The notes: generated by a model from the letters alone, not told the origin. Shown: positions 1 to 9,364, counted from the stretch's first letter. The stretch is 64,000 nucleotides of DNA from Candidatus Limnocylindrales bacterium (GCA_038325875.1 JBBQJL010000004.1:42907-106906), one strand, 5' to 3'. A program made the numbers and translations.

Positions 1-1016
1 GTCGGCACGACCTCCGGCTGACCCTGTTCCACGGCCGGGGTGGCGCCATCGGGCGAGGCGGCGGACCGACCAACCGGGCCATCCTGGCCCAGGCGCCGGG
101 CTCGATCGACAGCCGCCTGCGGATGACCGAACAGGGCGAGGTCATCGCCGCGAACTATGCCAACCCGGCCATCGCCCGGCGCCAGCTCGAGCAGCTGACC
201 GCGGCGGTCCTCATCGCGTCCACTCCGGAGCACGACCGCCAGGTCGCCGAAGCCGGGGCGGCCGGCGCGGCGGCCATCGACGAGCTGGCGGCGACGTCCG
301 AGGCGGCCTATCGCAGGCTCGTCTGGGAAGACCCGTCCTTTCCGGCGTTCTTCCGCGATGCCACGCCGATCCTCGAGTTGTCCGCCCTTCGGCTGGGCTC
401 CCGGCCAGCCGTCCGAGGCCGGCGGGCGAGCGCTGGGTCGGACGCCGATCGGAAGGCGGCGCTCGAGCCGGAGCCGCCGTCGATCGGTTCGCTGCGGGCC
501 ATCCCGTGGGGGTTCGCCTGGTCGCAGGCGCGCCTGAACCTGCCCGGCTGGTACGGCCTCGGCTCGGCCCTCGAGGCCCATCGGGTCGCCCATGGCGAGG
601 CCGCCCTCGACGAGCTCGGGGCCCTGTACAAGGCATGGCCGCTGTTCGAGGCGATCCTCGACAACGCCGAGATGACCCTGGCCAAGGCCGACATCGGGGT
701 CGCCCGGATCTACGCCGGCCTGGCCGCCGGTCCCGAGGCTGCCCGGATCTGGGAGACCATCGAAGCGGAGCACGAACGGACCGTCCGGCTCCTGCTCCGG
801 GTCACCCGACGCGATCACCTGCTCGACGGTCTGCCGGTCCTCCAGCGCTCGATCGAGCTGCGCAACCCGTACGTCGACTCGCTGTCCGAGCTCCAGGTCC
901 GCCTGCTGGCCCGCCTGCGCGCGCTGGCGCCAGACGATCCGTCCCGGCCCGAGGTCCTCCGCCTCGTCCAGCTGACGGTCAACGGCATCGCCGCCGGCCT
1001 GCGCAACACCGGCTGA
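1..1016 (+). CDS. ppc: Phosphoenolpyruvate carboxylase, C-terminal part (5' end lies upstream of the window)
   Basis: Frame 3 is open from the window edge. Bases 3-122 read ..RLTLFHGRGGAIGRGGGPTNRAILAQAPGSIDSRLR.. (PEPC glycine-rich loop). The ORF ends ..QLTVNGIAAGLRNTG*, the invariant PEPC C-terminus. Confidence 0.95.
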   Translation, partial: RHDLRLTLFHGRGGAIGRGGGPTNRAILAQAPGSIDSRLRMTEQGEVIAANYANPAIARRQLEQLTAAVLIASTPEHDRQVAEAGAAGAAAIDELAATSEAAYRRLVWEDPSFPAFFRDATPILELSALRLGSRPAVRGRRASAGSDADRKAALEPEPPSIGSLRAIPWGFAWSQARLNLPGWYGLGSALEAHRVAHGEAALDELGALYKAWPLFEAILDNAEMTLAKADIGVARIYAGLAAGPEAARIWETIEAEHERTVRLLLRVTRRDHLLDGLPVLQRSIELRNPYVDSLSELQVRLLARLRALAPDDPSRPEVLRLVQLTVNGIAAGLRNTG

Positions 1017-1225
1017 ACCGGGGACTCGGGCCGCCGACGTCGCTCCGGGCGGGCTGGAGCTCGACGCGCATGGTGGGCTCCGATCGCTAGGCTCGAATCC
1101 GGTTCGCAACCGAACCGTGACTGGGCCGGTGCCGACGCGGATCGTCCGTGCGGCCATCCTGACCACACTGCCCGGAGTTCATCCCCCGGTCCGACCTGCC
1201 AGCGACGACACCATGTGAGGCCCCG

Positions 1226-1462
1226 ATGATCCACCCGTCCGACTCCCAGCCGGCCTGGCCCCACGGACGGGTCGCCCTCGCCGGAGGCCCTGTGACCTGC
1301 GCCATGTGCGGGTGCCGCCTCACCTCGGCGGAGTCCGACTCACCGTCCGTGTGGACCCATTTCTCGCCGCTCGGTGGACGAGACGCCCGCGGCTGTCGGG
1401 TCGCCTGCGTCGACCTTCCGCACGACGCGACCGGCCGCGCACTCCTGGGCGTGCCCGCCTGA
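1226..1462 (+). CDS. Possible small Cys-rich protein (78 aa, CxxCxC ... CxxxC)
   Basis: ATG ORF with GC3 as high as neighbouring real genes, and a weak GAGG 6 nt upstream. It contains CAMCGC and CRVAC cysteine clusters. I recognise no family. Confidence 0.3.
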   Translation: MIHPSDSQPAWPHGRVALAGGPVTCAMCGCRLTSAESDSPSVWTHFSPLGGRDARGCRVACVDLPHDATGRALLGVPA

Positions 1463-1567
1463 GCTCCAGATAACGCTGTTGTCAGGGTTCGCCGGCAGCC
1501 GTTCTGACGATCCACGGACGAAAGGGTGCCACCTCCCGGCGCCCTTTCGTCATGTTCGCCTTGGAGT

Positions 1568-1617
1568 CCCGCCTCGGACCCCGTTTCGGAGCCCCGCCTC
1601 GGACCCCGTTTCGGAGC
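1568..1617. repeat. Two perfect tandem copies of a 25-nt unit (cccgcctcggaccccgtttcggagc)
   Basis: Direct reading: 1568-1592 and 1593-1617 are identical, with a partial third copy just upstream. It lies in a long non-coding gap between convergent genes. Confidence 0.9.
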
Positions 1618-1846
1618 CCTGGCCTGGAGGCACGTCCCCTCCCGACCGTCGTCTTGCCAGGCGACCACCAGGCGAGCGTTGGTCAGCGCTTGGACGGCTT
1701 TCGCGGGCCGGTGAGCCTGCCATCATCCCGAGCCACGCTCACGCCGGCACGAATCTGCGTCCCGACGTCAGCGAAGATGGCGCTGCACCTGACCACCGAC
1801 CGGGTGGTGAGCGCCTGACAGCATCCGCTGGACCCTCCCGCCCGGA

Positions 1847-2548
1847 TCAGGCCTCGATGCGGTAGCCCACCGAGCGCACCGCGACGATGGCCGGGCCACC
1901 GGCACGATGGACCTTCGCCCGCAGCCGCGCGATATGCGGCTTGAGCCAGAGCAGATCCGGGTCCGCTTCCGCGGGCCAGCCGGCCCGAACCAGTCGATGG
2001 TGGGGGACGACGTCCCCGCCCGCGCGCACCAGCGCCTCGAGGAGGCGGTACTCCGTGGCGGTCAGATTGAGCACGGCCGACCCGATCCGCGCCTCGTGCC
2101 GGCCGGGATCGATGGCCAGTGCGCCGGCCTCGAGCGGACCGCCGCCCCCGCTGCCGGTCCCGACCGAGGCCGCGTCGGCGCGGCGCATGATCGCCGAGAT
2201 GCGGGCGAGCAGCTCGGCCTTGCCGAACGGCTTGGTCAGGTAGTCGTCGGCGCCGATCTCGAGCGCCTTGACCTTGGCCCCTTCGCCGCTCTCGCCCGAC
2301 ACGACCAGGATCGGTACGTTGCCGGCCGCCCTGATCTGCCCGGTCACATTGAACCCGTCAGGACCGGGCATCGCCAGGTCGAGCAGGACCAGGTCCGGCG
2401 CGTCGTCGCGGAAGCGCTTCACGGCGGTCAGGCCGTCGTACGCGGTGATGACCTGGTGGCCTTCTGTTCCGACCAGGGCGGTGATCGCGCCGACCATCGC
2501 CGGGTCGTCGTCGACCACCAGGATCCGGAGCGGACGGGTCATCGGCAT
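1847..2548 (-). CDS. OmpR/PhoB-family response regulator (receiver + winged-helix)
   Basis: MPMTRPLRILVVDDD..LVLLDLAMPG..DDYLTKPF receiver motifs and a C-terminal ..LTATEYRLLEAL..VRSVGYRIEA winged helix. I chose the start at MPMTRPL because the longer ORF start would overlap the upstream kinase stop. Confidence 0.9.
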   Translation of the reverse strand: MPMTRPLRILVVDDDPAMVGAITALVGTEGHQVITAYDGLTAVKRFRDDAPDLVLLDLAMPGPDGFNVTGQIRAAGNVPILVVSGESGEGAKVKALEIGADDYLTKPFGKAELLARISAIMRRADAASVGTGSGGGGPLEAGALAIDPGRHEARIGSAVLNLTATEYRLLEALVRAGGDVVPHHRLVRAGWPAEADPDLLWLKPHIARLRAKVHRAGGPAIVAVRSVGYRIEA

Positions 2549-2565
2549 CACGCGGCCTCCTCGAT

Positions 2566-3864
2566 TCAGACCGCGACCGCGGCCGGCAGGGCGATAACGA
2601 AGCGCGCCCCGGCCAGTTCGGCCGGTTCGCACCACAGGTGGGCGTTCATCGACTCGGACAGCCGCTTCGCGGCGAATAGCCCGATCCCCGAGCCGCGCGC
2701 GGTATGGGTGTCGCGGCGGGCGTACGGCTCGAAGATCCGCTCACGCCACTCGGGCGGGATGCCGGGACCCTCGTCGGACACCGCGATCCGGACGATGCCC
2801 TCGACGAGCCCCGTCCCGACGCTGATCGTCGTCGCCGGCGGGGCGTACTTCACCGCATTCTCGATCAGGTGCTCGAGGATCTGGCGAAGTCGCGGGGGAT
2901 CGGCCAGGGCGAACCGACGGACGCCGGTGTCGACTACCAGGTGGTGGTTGCGCAGGAGCGGACGCAGACCGCCGACGACCTCGTCGAGCAGCGCCGCGAC
3001 ATCCACCGGGACCACGTCGGACGGCCGGTCCTCGAGCGGTCGCACCGAGGCCAGGATCGAGTCGACCAGACGGTCGAGCCGCTCGATCTGGTCGATCGCC
3101 CGGTTGTGCCACTCGTCGCGGGTCCGACGTCGGATGAGATCACGGCTCTCGCGGCCGACCAGCGGCGGCTCCTCGGACAGGAGGTCGGTATACGCCCGAA
3201 CGACAGCCAACGGCGTGCGCAGCTCGTGGGTGACCATGGCGATGAGCTCGGTTCGTGCTTCGTCGATCGCCTGGAGCGCCTCGACCTGCGCCTCAGCCTC
3301 GCGCTGGGTGCGGCCCTTCTCGACGATCCCCGCCAGCAGGTCCGCGATCGCCGACAGCTGGGCGACATCCGAGTCGCTGAACTCGCGGGCCTCTTCCGTC
3401 TGGATGTTGAGGACCCCGACCACGCCCCCGTGCCAGGACAGCGGGACCGACAGCATCGACGCGATGAACCGACGCTGGTCGATCCCGCGGACCCACAGGA
3501 ACCGCAGGTCGTGGCGCACGTCGGCGATCCGCATCGGTTCGCGGGTCGCCGCCACCCGACCGGTGACGCCTTCACCGAACGGCACCCTGGCGCGACCGAT
3601 CTGGTAGCGGTCGAGACCGTTGGTTGCGGCCAGGGTCAGATGGACGCCGTCGCGATCGAGCAGGTACAGCGACGAGACGTCGGCCTGGAGGGCATCCCGG
3701 GTCTCATCGACGATCGTTTCGAGGAGCTCGTCCCAGGTCCGAGCCGTCGTTGCGAGCTTGGCCACACGGTGCAGAAAGCGCAGCTGTTCGAGCTGGCGCT
3801 CGGCCGCCGGCCGCTCACCGGACGGCCCGCCGTCGGTCCGTTCCGGACGTGCCATGGTCGCCAC
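2566..3864 (-). CDS. Cytoplasmic GAF-domain sensor histidine kinase (HisKA + HATPase_c)
   Basis: No TM segment. The N-terminal region is GAF-like (..GEGVTGRVAATREPMRIADV..). H-box MVTHELRTPL; N/G boxes ..ENAVKYAP..DEGPGIP..GSGIGL. It sits directly upstream of the response regulator. Confidence 0.9.
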   Translation of the reverse strand: MATMARPERTDGGPSGERPAAERQLEQLRFLHRVAKLATTARTWDELLETIVDETRDALQADVSSLYLLDRDGVHLTLAATNGLDRYQIGRARVPFGEGVTGRVAATREPMRIADVRHDLRFLWVRGIDQRRFIASMLSVPLSWHGGVVGVLNIQTEEAREFSDSDVAQLSAIADLLAGIVEKGRTQREAEAQVEALQAIDEARTELIAMVTHELRTPLAVVRAYTDLLSEEPPLVGRESRDLIRRRTRDEWHNRAIDQIERLDRLVDSILASVRPLEDRPSDVVPVDVAALLDEVVGGLRPLLRNHHLVVDTGVRRFALADPPRLRQILEHLIENAVKYAPPATTISVGTGLVEGIVRIAVSDEGPGIPPEWRERIFEPYARRDTHTARGSGIGLFAAKRLSESMNAHLWCEPAELAGARFVIALPAAVAV

Positions 3865-4078
3865 GATACAAGCCTACGGCGAATGTGCCGAAAGAAGGTT
3901 GCGATCAGGTTGCGACGGCTGACCGTGACAGTGGCACCCTACCGCGCGGCAGACAGCAGGAGACCCGGACGGAGGAGGGTCGGTCCGGGTCTCATGCTTA
4001 TGGGTTCCCACCGACGGGGCCGGATGAACCGATCCCGCCAGCGGTAGATCTAGTTCCGGCGGCGTCCACCGGGGCTGG

Positions 4079-4177
4079 TTACTGGACCCAGCGGCGGCCA
4101 GCCTCCAGGACGAGCGCGAGGGACATGAACGGCGCCAGCGCGACGCTCAGCCGCCACATCCGCGATCCGAACTTCAT
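4079..4177 (-). CDS. Candidate 32-aa hydrophobic mini-protein (MKFGSRMWRLSVALAPFMSLALVLEAGRRWVQ)
   Basis: My own translation (below the ORF-track cutoff). ATG is preceded by AGGAGA with 6-nt spacing, there is one predicted TM-like stretch, and the stop is TAA. It lies 214 nt upstream of the GAF kinase on the same strand. Confidence 0.2.
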   Translation of the reverse strand: MKFGSRMWRLSVALAPFMSLALVLEAGRRWVQ

Positions 4178-4446
4178 GGAGGATCTCCTGGTCCGGCCGT
4201 CGAGGGCATCCGATCGCGCGCCGGGCGACTCGATCGGACCTTGAGGCTACCCGCCATCCGGGCCATCGGAGAACCCTTACGAAGGTCCTGGGCGGTGCAT
4301 CGAGTCATGGCCCAGAAGTACTATCCGCGCGCTCCGCCGCCTGCACGGTCCCGGCATGGACCCGGACCGAGCTGTAGACTTCCCGCGGCACGCCCCGCCC
4401 CCATCCGGTCCCCGCCGACCGACCTTGATCGAGGTCCCATCCGACC

Positions 4447-4971
4447 ATGCAGCCGGTTCGCTTCCTGTCTGCGCTGACCTTTGGCGCACTCCTCATCGGC
4501 GGCCTCGCCGCCTGCTCGTCGGGCACGACCCCCGGCTGGACCTACGCGCCGCCACCGACGCCGACGGTCGCTCCGTCGACCGCCCCGGGCGCTCCGTCGA
4601 CCGCTCCGGGCGCGTCGGCGGGAGCCTCGATCGCGCCGTCAGAGGCTGCGTCGTCCGCCCCGTCCGTGGCCGCGTCTGGCGGGACGGGCGCCACGACCGT
4701 CCTGACCGAGGTGGCCCAGAACGTCCAGTTCAAGACGCTGGCCTTCGAGGCGCCGGCCGGTCAGCCGTTCCAGATCGCCTTCGACAACCAGGACGCATCG
4801 ATCATGCACAACGTCCAGATCGCCGATGGCTCGGGCGTCGTCGTGTTCAAGGGCGACATCGTCACCGGCGTGGCCCAGGCGACGTACAACGTGGGGGCCC
4901 TCCCGGCCGGGGCCTACAAGTTCAGCTGCACGATCCACCCGAGCATGGTCGGGGACCTCACGGTCAAGTAG
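4447..4971 (+). CDS. Cupredoxin (plastocyanin/amicyanin-like blue copper) lipoprotein
   Basis: Signal peptide with lipobox LIGGLAAC|SSG, then an Ala/Pro/Ser linker. The C-terminal domain carries type-1 Cu ligand spacing (..MHNVQI.. and ..CTIHPSMVGDLTV). Confidence 0.85.
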   Translation: MQPVRFLSALTFGALLIGGLAACSSGTTPGWTYAPPPTPTVAPSTAPGAPSTAPGASAGASIAPSEAASSAPSVAASGGTGATTVLTEVAQNVQFKTLAFEAPAGQPFQIAFDNQDASIMHNVQIADGSGVVVFKGDIVTGVAQATYNVGALPAGAYKFSCTIHPSMVGDLTVK

Positions 4972-4999
4972 TCGACGCGACCACGCTGGGCCGACAGCC

Positions 5000-5764
5000 A
5001 TGACCGATGCCGTCTGCTACCGGGACGCCTACGCCCGCTCGGTCGAGGCTGTGGTCCGCGCCGTGGACGACGGCGCCGACGGCGCCATGGTCGTCCTCGA
5101 CCGGACGGTCTTCTATCCCGGAGGGGGTGGACAGCCGTCCGACCACGGTGCGCTGCTTCGCTCGGCGGATGGTCGGCGCTGGATCGTCCGGGCGGCGCGC
5201 AAGAGCGGAATTGACATCGTCCACGAACTCCAGCCCGGCGCGGATCCGGCCTTGCCCGGCGCGAGCGAACCGCCGTCTGTCGGCGATCTCCTTGAGGTCG
5301 ACCTCGACTGGGCCCGGCGCCACGCGCTGATGCGGACCCATACCGCCCTGCACGCGCTGTGCGGCGTCGTCTGGCGCGACTACGGGGCGCTGGTCACCGG
5401 CGGGAACATGGAGCCCGGTTCGGGCCGGATGGACTTCGAGTTCGAGCGGATGAGCGGCGACCTGGTCGCCGAGATCGAGGCCACGGTCAACGCCGAGCTG
5501 GCTGTCGGCCGCGAGGTGCGGGTCGACGTTCTCCCACGCGAGGCGGCGTTCGCCATCCCCGACCTGATCCGGACCAAGGTCAACCTGCTACCGGAGGGCA
5601 TCGCCGAGATCCGGACCATCGAGATCGTGGGCCTCGACCTCCAGGCCGACGGCGGCACCCACGTCGCCAACACGCTCGAGGTGGGCCAGATCCGGGTCAC
5701 CGGCTACGAGTCGAAGGGCAAGATCAACAAGCGGATCAGGATCGCCCTGGACGACCCGGACTGA
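5000..5764 (+). CDS. AlaX-like alanyl-tRNA editing/metal-dependent hydrolase (tRNA_SAD family)
   Basis: Starts MTDAVCYRDAY.. Contains HTALHAL (HxxxH) and ..DGGTHV.. motifs typical of the AlaRS second additional domain. The upstream part of the listed ORF is off-frame junk overlapping the cupredoxin gene. Confidence 0.8.
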   Translation: MTDAVCYRDAYARSVEAVVRAVDDGADGAMVVLDRTVFYPGGGGQPSDHGALLRSADGRRWIVRAARKSGIDIVHELQPGADPALPGASEPPSVGDLLEVDLDWARRHALMRTHTALHALCGVVWRDYGALVTGGNMEPGSGRMDFEFERMSGDLVAEIEATVNAELAVGREVRVDVLPREAAFAIPDLIRTKVNLLPEGIAEIRTIEIVGLDLQADGGTHVANTLEVGQIRVTGYESKGKINKRIRIALDDPD

Positions 5765-5836
5765 CCGGGTGCGCCCGCTCGAGGGCCGGCGCCGCAGGCA
5801 TCCACCGGACCGGACTCGGGCTCTATCCGTCGTTCG

Positions 5837-7138
5837 TCACTTCGTGGGCGTCGCCATCAACGCGTGGACCTCCTCGGCCAGCGCCGAGGTGTAGCGGTCG
5901 ATGTCCGCGGGTTGGTGAGCGAGCGAGACATAGATCTTGGTGAGCATCGGGTTGATGAACAGCCCGCGGCGCAGGAGCGCCAGGTCGAGCCGGCGCCGGA
6001 GGTCATTGTCGGCGCGGGCTTCGGAGTCCATATCGGTCACCGGTCGCTCGGTGATCCGGTACTGGGCGAGCGGTCCGTCCCCATATACCTGGACCGGCAG
6101 CCCCGTATCCGTGAACGCGGCCGCGATCCCGTCGCGAAGGCGCTGGCCCATCGCGAACAGGTGCTCGTACGCGCCGGCCGTCTCCAGGATATCGAGCACG
6201 GCGTGCGCGGCCACCGACGTCAGCGGAGAGCCACCGGTCGTGGATGCAGCCCATATGTATCGCGAGGTGGCGTGGCGATCCTCGCGGACCTCGTCCATCA
6301 GTTCGGCCCGGCCGCCGACCACCGCGATCGGCAAGCCGCCGCCCAGTGCCTTGCCGTATGCCACGAGGTCCGGCTCGACACCGTAGTAGTGGGCGGCACC
6401 GCCGAGCGCGATCCGGAACCCCGACACGACTTCGTCGAAGATCAGCGGGACACCGCATTCGGCGGTCACGCGGCGCACGCCCTCCAGGAACGACCGCTCC
6501 GCGAAGATCGACCGCTGGACCGGGTCGATGATCACGCCAGCCAGATCGGCCCGGTGAGCGCGGATCAACGCCTCGGTCGTGGCGAGATCGTTGTACGGCG
6601 CCACGAGCAGATCGTCGATCGCATGCGCCCCGCCGGTACCCGTGGGCTCGGCGGCCGGCATCCGAGTCGCGTCGGACCAGACGAAATTGGCCACGCCCTC
6701 GACGTACGATCCGTGGAAGGCGCCACCGAACTTGAGGATGTGCGACCGTCCGGTTGCGCCTCGGGCGATCCGCAGCGCCGTCATCGTCGCCTCCGTGCCG
6801 GTCGCCACGAAGCGGACCTTGTCGAGCCACGGCTGAAGGTCGTGCAGGCGCTCCGCCAGCTCGACCAGCTGGGTACTCAGCGCCGCGACGTTGATCCCGT
6901 TCGCGAGTTGTTTCGCGACCGCGTCGACGAGGCGGGGCGCCGCATGGCCGACGAGCGCTGAGCCCCAGGCCATGGTGTAGTCGACATACTCGCGCCCGTC
7001 CGCCTCCCAGAGGCGGCACCCGCTGGCGCGCTCGAAGACCGGGGCCAGTCCGTCGGGGAAGTCATACTCGCCGTTGGACCCCTGCGGGAACAGACGGTTG
7101 GCCCGATCGGACCACGAACCCGGCCGCATCATCTGCAT
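5837..7138 (-). CDS. Class-III PLP aminotransferase (glutamate-1-semialdehyde aminomutase-like)
   Basis: ..MAWGSALVGHA.., ..FVATGTEATMTALRIARG.., ..IFDEVVSGFR.. and the PLP-lysine context ..AYGKALGGGLPI.. Confidence 0.9.
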   Translation of the reverse strand: MQMMRPGSWSDRANRLFPQGSNGEYDFPDGLAPVFERASGCRLWEADGREYVDYTMAWGSALVGHAAPRLVDAVAKQLANGINVAALSTQLVELAERLHDLQPWLDKVRFVATGTEATMTALRIARGATGRSHILKFGGAFHGSYVEGVANFVWSDATRMPAAEPTGTGGAHAIDDLLVAPYNDLATTEALIRAHRADLAGVIIDPVQRSIFAERSFLEGVRRVTAECGVPLIFDEVVSGFRIALGGAAHYYGVEPDLVAYGKALGGGLPIAVVGGRAELMDEVREDRHATSRYIWAASTTGGSPLTSVAAHAVLDILETAGAYEHLFAMGQRLRDGIAAAFTDTGLPVQVYGDGPLAQYRITERPVTDMDSEARADNDLRRRLDLALLRRGLFINPMLTKIYVSLAHQPADIDRYTSALAEEVHALMATPTK

Positions 7139-7234
7139 CGGGCGACTTTAACGGATGAGTCGCGCCGGGTCCGACCCAGCCGTCACCCGGCTCCCGGCCG
7201 TCGGCCGAGACCGCGACCGCGTCCCGACGATCCG

Positions 7235-9175
7235 CTAGGCCACGATCCGCCCTGGAGCCTCCTCGGACCCATCGGACGTCGCCGTCTGGAAGTCACCGGC
7301 CGGTGCGGCGTGGAAGACATACACCGCAAGTCGGGCGATCGTCTCCTCCTGGTCGGGCTCGAACTCGAGACCGAGCTCGAGCCGGCCGTCGGCGAGCGTC
7401 GTCCGTCGTCTCACCACGCAGGCGACGTCGAGTCGCCTGCGGGCGACGTTCAGGCCTAGGGTCACCCGCTCGCGGCGGGCTTCGAACGAGTCATCGACGA
7501 GGGTCCGCGCCCCGGTCAGTGAAAGATCCGCGAGCTCGCCCGCCCGTCCGTCGACCGTGGCCGGGATCCGAACTGCCATGCGCGTGCCGGCGCGACGGTT
7601 CCCGGCGAATCGGCCTGATCGGATGCGGCCGATCGCGGACAGCAGAAGGGCCAGGTTGACCGACATGAACAGGGCGGCTCCGATGGCGGCCCAGGGCACG
7701 CCGTAGGTGACCGGGGTCAGGCCGAACAGGGTGGCGGCGAACCAGGCCAGACCGAGCGATGTGAAGGCTGCCAGGACCGACAGCAGCAACGGGATCGGCA
7801 CCGCACCGTGGCCGCGCACGGCACGCCCCTTGGGCGTCACCCGGAAGGTGACGTCACGCATCGGGAACAGCCCGGTCAAGGTCGCCGGCAGCACCGCTGG
7901 CATCCGCAGAACCTCGAACAGGAGTGACAGGACAGGCGGATAGTGGCCCCGCGCGAGCAGCCGCAGGGCGACGAACTGAAGGCCCAGGGTCGCCACGAAG
8001 AACGGCACGAAGATCATCCCGGGTGCGCTGATCGGGACGGCGCCGGTGGCGACCACCGCCAACGGGATGATCATGTAGGCGAAGGTCCGCCACGAGTCGA
8101 ACCAGCCGAACAACGTCGTCAGGAACGCCAGCCGCTGGCCGACCGTCAGCCCCGGGCCGAACAGCGGGTTCTCCGTGCGCAGGACCTGCATTGCTCCGAG
8201 GGCCCAGCGATGGCGTTGGACCATGTACGAGGCGGCGTCGTCGGGAGCCAACCCGTGGGCCAGGACCTCGTTGTGGTAAGCGCCGGTCCAGCCGGCGCGG
8301 TACATCCGGATGGTCGTATGAATGTCCTCAGTCACGCTATCAACGCTGACGCCGCCGACCGAGCGAAGCGCCGCCACTCGGATCAGTGCCCCCGTCCCAC
8401 ACCAGAACGGTGCCGACCAGCGGGTCTTGGCGGGGGCGATGACCCGGTAGAAGACCGCCTCTTCGTTGAACAGCTCACCGTTCCAGCGGCGCTCGTGCTC
8501 GAAGGAGGCGAGGTTGTAGAAGTCCTGGGGAGACTGCACGAAGGCGAGGCGCGAGTCTTCGAGGTACGGCAGTAGAGCCGTCAGGAAGCGCTCCGTCGGC
8601 ACCTGGTCAGCATCTAGCACGGCGATCACGTCGGCGTCGATCGACTCAAGGGCGTGGTTCAGGTTGCCGGCTTTGGCGTGGCTGTTGTCGGGCCGGGTCA
8701 GGTAGCGTGCACCGAGCCGTTCGGCCAGCTGGCGGACCTCGGCCCGACGGCCGTCGTCGAGGACCCAGGTATCGTGGTGCGGCCGAAGTGTGACCGACGC
8801 GGCGATCGTCGGCAGCAGGACCTCGACCGGCTCGTTGTAGGTCGGAATCAGGACGGCGACCCGATGGACCGTGCCGGAACTGTGCGGCGGCGGTTCCGAG
8901 TCCAGGCTCCACAGGGCGATCGTGTAGAGGACCAACCCGAGGGCATTGTGGATCTCCACGGTCAGGAGCGGGATCGAGATCCACCACCACTGGAGGTCCA
9001 CCGTGCCGTTCATGCGCCAGACCAGGTATGCCGCCGTGACGGCGATCGCCAGCACCGCCCACCCGCGGATCAGAAGCTTGCGGGCCTGCGACTCGTGCGG
9101 CGGGATCGAGCCGTCACGGAACACGTCCGGCGGACCGATGTCGGCGATGGTGGGCTGGGGGCGGACAGGCGACAT
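7235..9175 (-). CDS. Processive family-2 glycosyltransferase (BcsA/cellulose-synthase-like) with C-terminal PilZ domain
   Basis: GT2 motifs LDADQV, QSPQDFYN, TEDIHTT and QRHRWALG (QxxRW), with multiple TM helices. The C-terminus has PilZ signatures RRAGTR (RxxxR) and DLSLTG (D/NxSxxG). Confidence 0.9.
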   Translation of the reverse strand: MSPVRPQPTIADIGPPDVFRDGSIPPHESQARKLLIRGWAVLAIAVTAAYLVWRMNGTVDLQWWWISIPLLTVEIHNALGLVLYTIALWSLDSEPPPHSSGTVHRVAVLIPTYNEPVEVLLPTIAASVTLRPHHDTWVLDDGRRAEVRQLAERLGARYLTRPDNSHAKAGNLNHALESIDADVIAVLDADQVPTERFLTALLPYLEDSRLAFVQSPQDFYNLASFEHERRWNGELFNEEAVFYRVIAPAKTRWSAPFWCGTGALIRVAALRSVGGVSVDSVTEDIHTTIRMYRAGWTGAYHNEVLAHGLAPDDAASYMVQRHRWALGAMQVLRTENPLFGPGLTVGQRLAFLTTLFGWFDSWRTFAYMIIPLAVVATGAVPISAPGMIFVPFFVATLGLQFVALRLLARGHYPPVLSLLFEVLRMPAVLPATLTGLFPMRDVTFRVTPKGRAVRGHGAVPIPLLLSVLAAFTSLGLAWFAATLFGLTPVTYGVPWAAIGAALFMSVNLALLLSAIGRIRSGRFAGNRRAGTRMAVRIPATVDGRAGELADLSLTGARTLVDDSFEARRERVTLGLNVARRRLDVACVVRRRTTLADGRLELGLEFEPDQEETIARLAVYVFHAAPAGDFQTATSDGSEEAPGRIVA

Positions 9176-9364
9176 GGAGCGAGGCTACTGACCGTCAGGC
9201 CCGTCGACCATGACCCTGGGGTAACGAAGCGGCGCCAAAGGTACCGAGGGGCAGGTGCGACGATCTCCGACTCGTACAATCCATGCCGGGACGCACGGCC
9301 CACCGACCGGCCGCCACGAGTGCTCCTGACCTGATCGTAATCGGCTAGAGGATCCGAACCCCGC

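Noticed and set aside
1568-1617. CRISPR array candidates (this tandem 25-mer and the coding tandem repeats)
   Set aside because: There are only two abutting copies with no spacers. The other repeats are in-frame codon repeats inside genes. No cas genes are present.
1907-3607. 566-aa plus-strand ORF spanning the response-regulator and kinase region
   Set aside because: It is antisense to two genes with clear domain motifs. The translation is Arg/Pro/Gly/Ala-rich low-complexity sequence typical of off-frame reading in GC-rich DNA.
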